Positions 16,208-16,745 of a stretch of 16,745 nt of DNA are shown here, in pieces; the stretch's first letter is position 1; every line of letters starts with the position of its first letter. The DNA lies in the NCBI GenBank assembly GCA_964487115.1, contig CAZAPD010000005.1:1-16745 (forward strand). The letters are read 5' to 3'. This stretch comes from an uncultured Thermococci archaeon (lineage in GTDB: Archaea; Methanobacteriota_B; Thermococci; Thermococcales; Thermococcaceae). The notes under the pieces were generated by a model, which saw only the letters and a list, made by a program, of their open reading frames with translations, did no database searches and had not been told where the DNA came from. The position numbers were made by a program, and so were the translations under genes.

Positions 16208-16745
16208 GTGAGGGCCCTTCCAGCGACTTTCATTATCTTCATTGTCCTTCTTTCCTCCTTCAGCGTTGCAGTAGCTGACAGCTTCAACGAGACGATCACA
16301 CAGCCCGGGCTTCCTCACCTGAGCGTTTCCGACTACGTGAACAAGATTCTCATCAAATTCAAAGAGTGGCGTTTCGATTCAAAGGGGCTAATCAAGACAA
16401 ACACAGGCATCTACGTGGATGACCAGTTCTGGAATTGGGTGACTGGCTCGATTGAGGCCTCGGCCAACCTCACCGACATGGCTCTGAACTGGCTGAACAC
16501 ATTCAAGCAGAAGGTGCAGAACGACGAGCCGGTTCAGTGGATTATCATCACATGGACCAAACCAAACGACCATCTCAAAGAGGCCCTTGAGGCGGTTGGG
16601 GCAAAGGTTCTCTATGTTGATGAGGGCATCAACGCGATTGCAATCGAGGCCCGCCCAAGCCTCGTGAAGAACCTAGTTTACTCAAAAGCTTTCGACTTCC
16701 CCTACCGCTTCTACATTCGCGAGGTCTGGCCTGACCTCTACGTCG
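16208..16745 (+). CDS. Secreted protein with a subtilisin-type (I9) propeptide, probable S8 protease precursor; partial, not in ORF track
   Basis: GTG 16208 after a GAGGGGG SD, open to the window end: MRALPATFIIFIVLLSSFSVAVADSFNET...EPVQWIIITWTKPNDHLKEALEAVGAKVLYVDEGINAIAIEARPSLVKNLV...IREVWPDLYV. The catalytic domain is not visible. Confidence 0.7.
   Translation, partial: MRALPATFIIFIVLLSSFSVAVADSFNETITQPGLPHLSVSDYVNKILIKFKEWRFDSKGLIKTNTGIYVDDQFWNWVTGSIEASANLTDMALNWLNTFKQKVQNDEPVQWIIITWTKPNDHLKEALEAVGAKVLYVDEGINAIAIEARPSLVKNLVYSKAFDFPYRFYIREVWPDLYV

Larger units (their letters stand above)
11814..16745 (+). mobile_element. Left arm of an integrated virus/plasmid-like element (SSV1-type integrase, tRNA-Val target); continues beyond the window
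   Basis: tRNA-fragment att, adjacent integrase fragment, an abrupt rise in GC and C-ending codons, and co-oriented non-housekeeping genes. Confidence 0.9.

Noticed and set aside
14689..16299. Long antisense ORFs (14689-15468, 14970-15578, 15724-16299) and similar ones at 12867-13220 and 13552-14034
   Set aside because: These are shadows of GC3-rich sense genes, with no recognisable motifs and near-complete overlap with better-supported ORFs.

Overview
Thermococcales (Thermococcus-like) chromosomal DNA in two parts. Positions 1-11800 are AT-richer host backbone: a partial MFS transporter, bpsA, a PP-loop ATPase, a DUF59 Fe-S maturation protein, two tandem CxxDxxC ferredoxins, nicotinate phosphoribosyltransferase, a flavodoxin-TetR-SDR operon with a palindromic operator, a degenerate RecA/KaiC-fold protein, a UPF0282 metallo-beta-lactamase, a YgjP/M48-like HExxH protein, a box C/D sRNA, phosphopantothenate synthetase and an HTH regulator. 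From 11814 to the window end lies the left arm of a more GC-rich integrated virus/plasmid-like element. It starts at a 45-bp duplicated 3' half of tRNA-Val(TAC) (att site) that is read through by the C-terminal fragment of an SSV1-type split integrase. Next come a small HTH/Xis-like gene and three co-oriented secreted proteins: a LamG-domain protein whose LamG core has a different codon usage, a glycosylated protein with two DxxGDG motifs, and an ORF absent from the supplied track that carries a subtilisin-type propeptide. All family assignments are from motif recognition and memory, not database searches.
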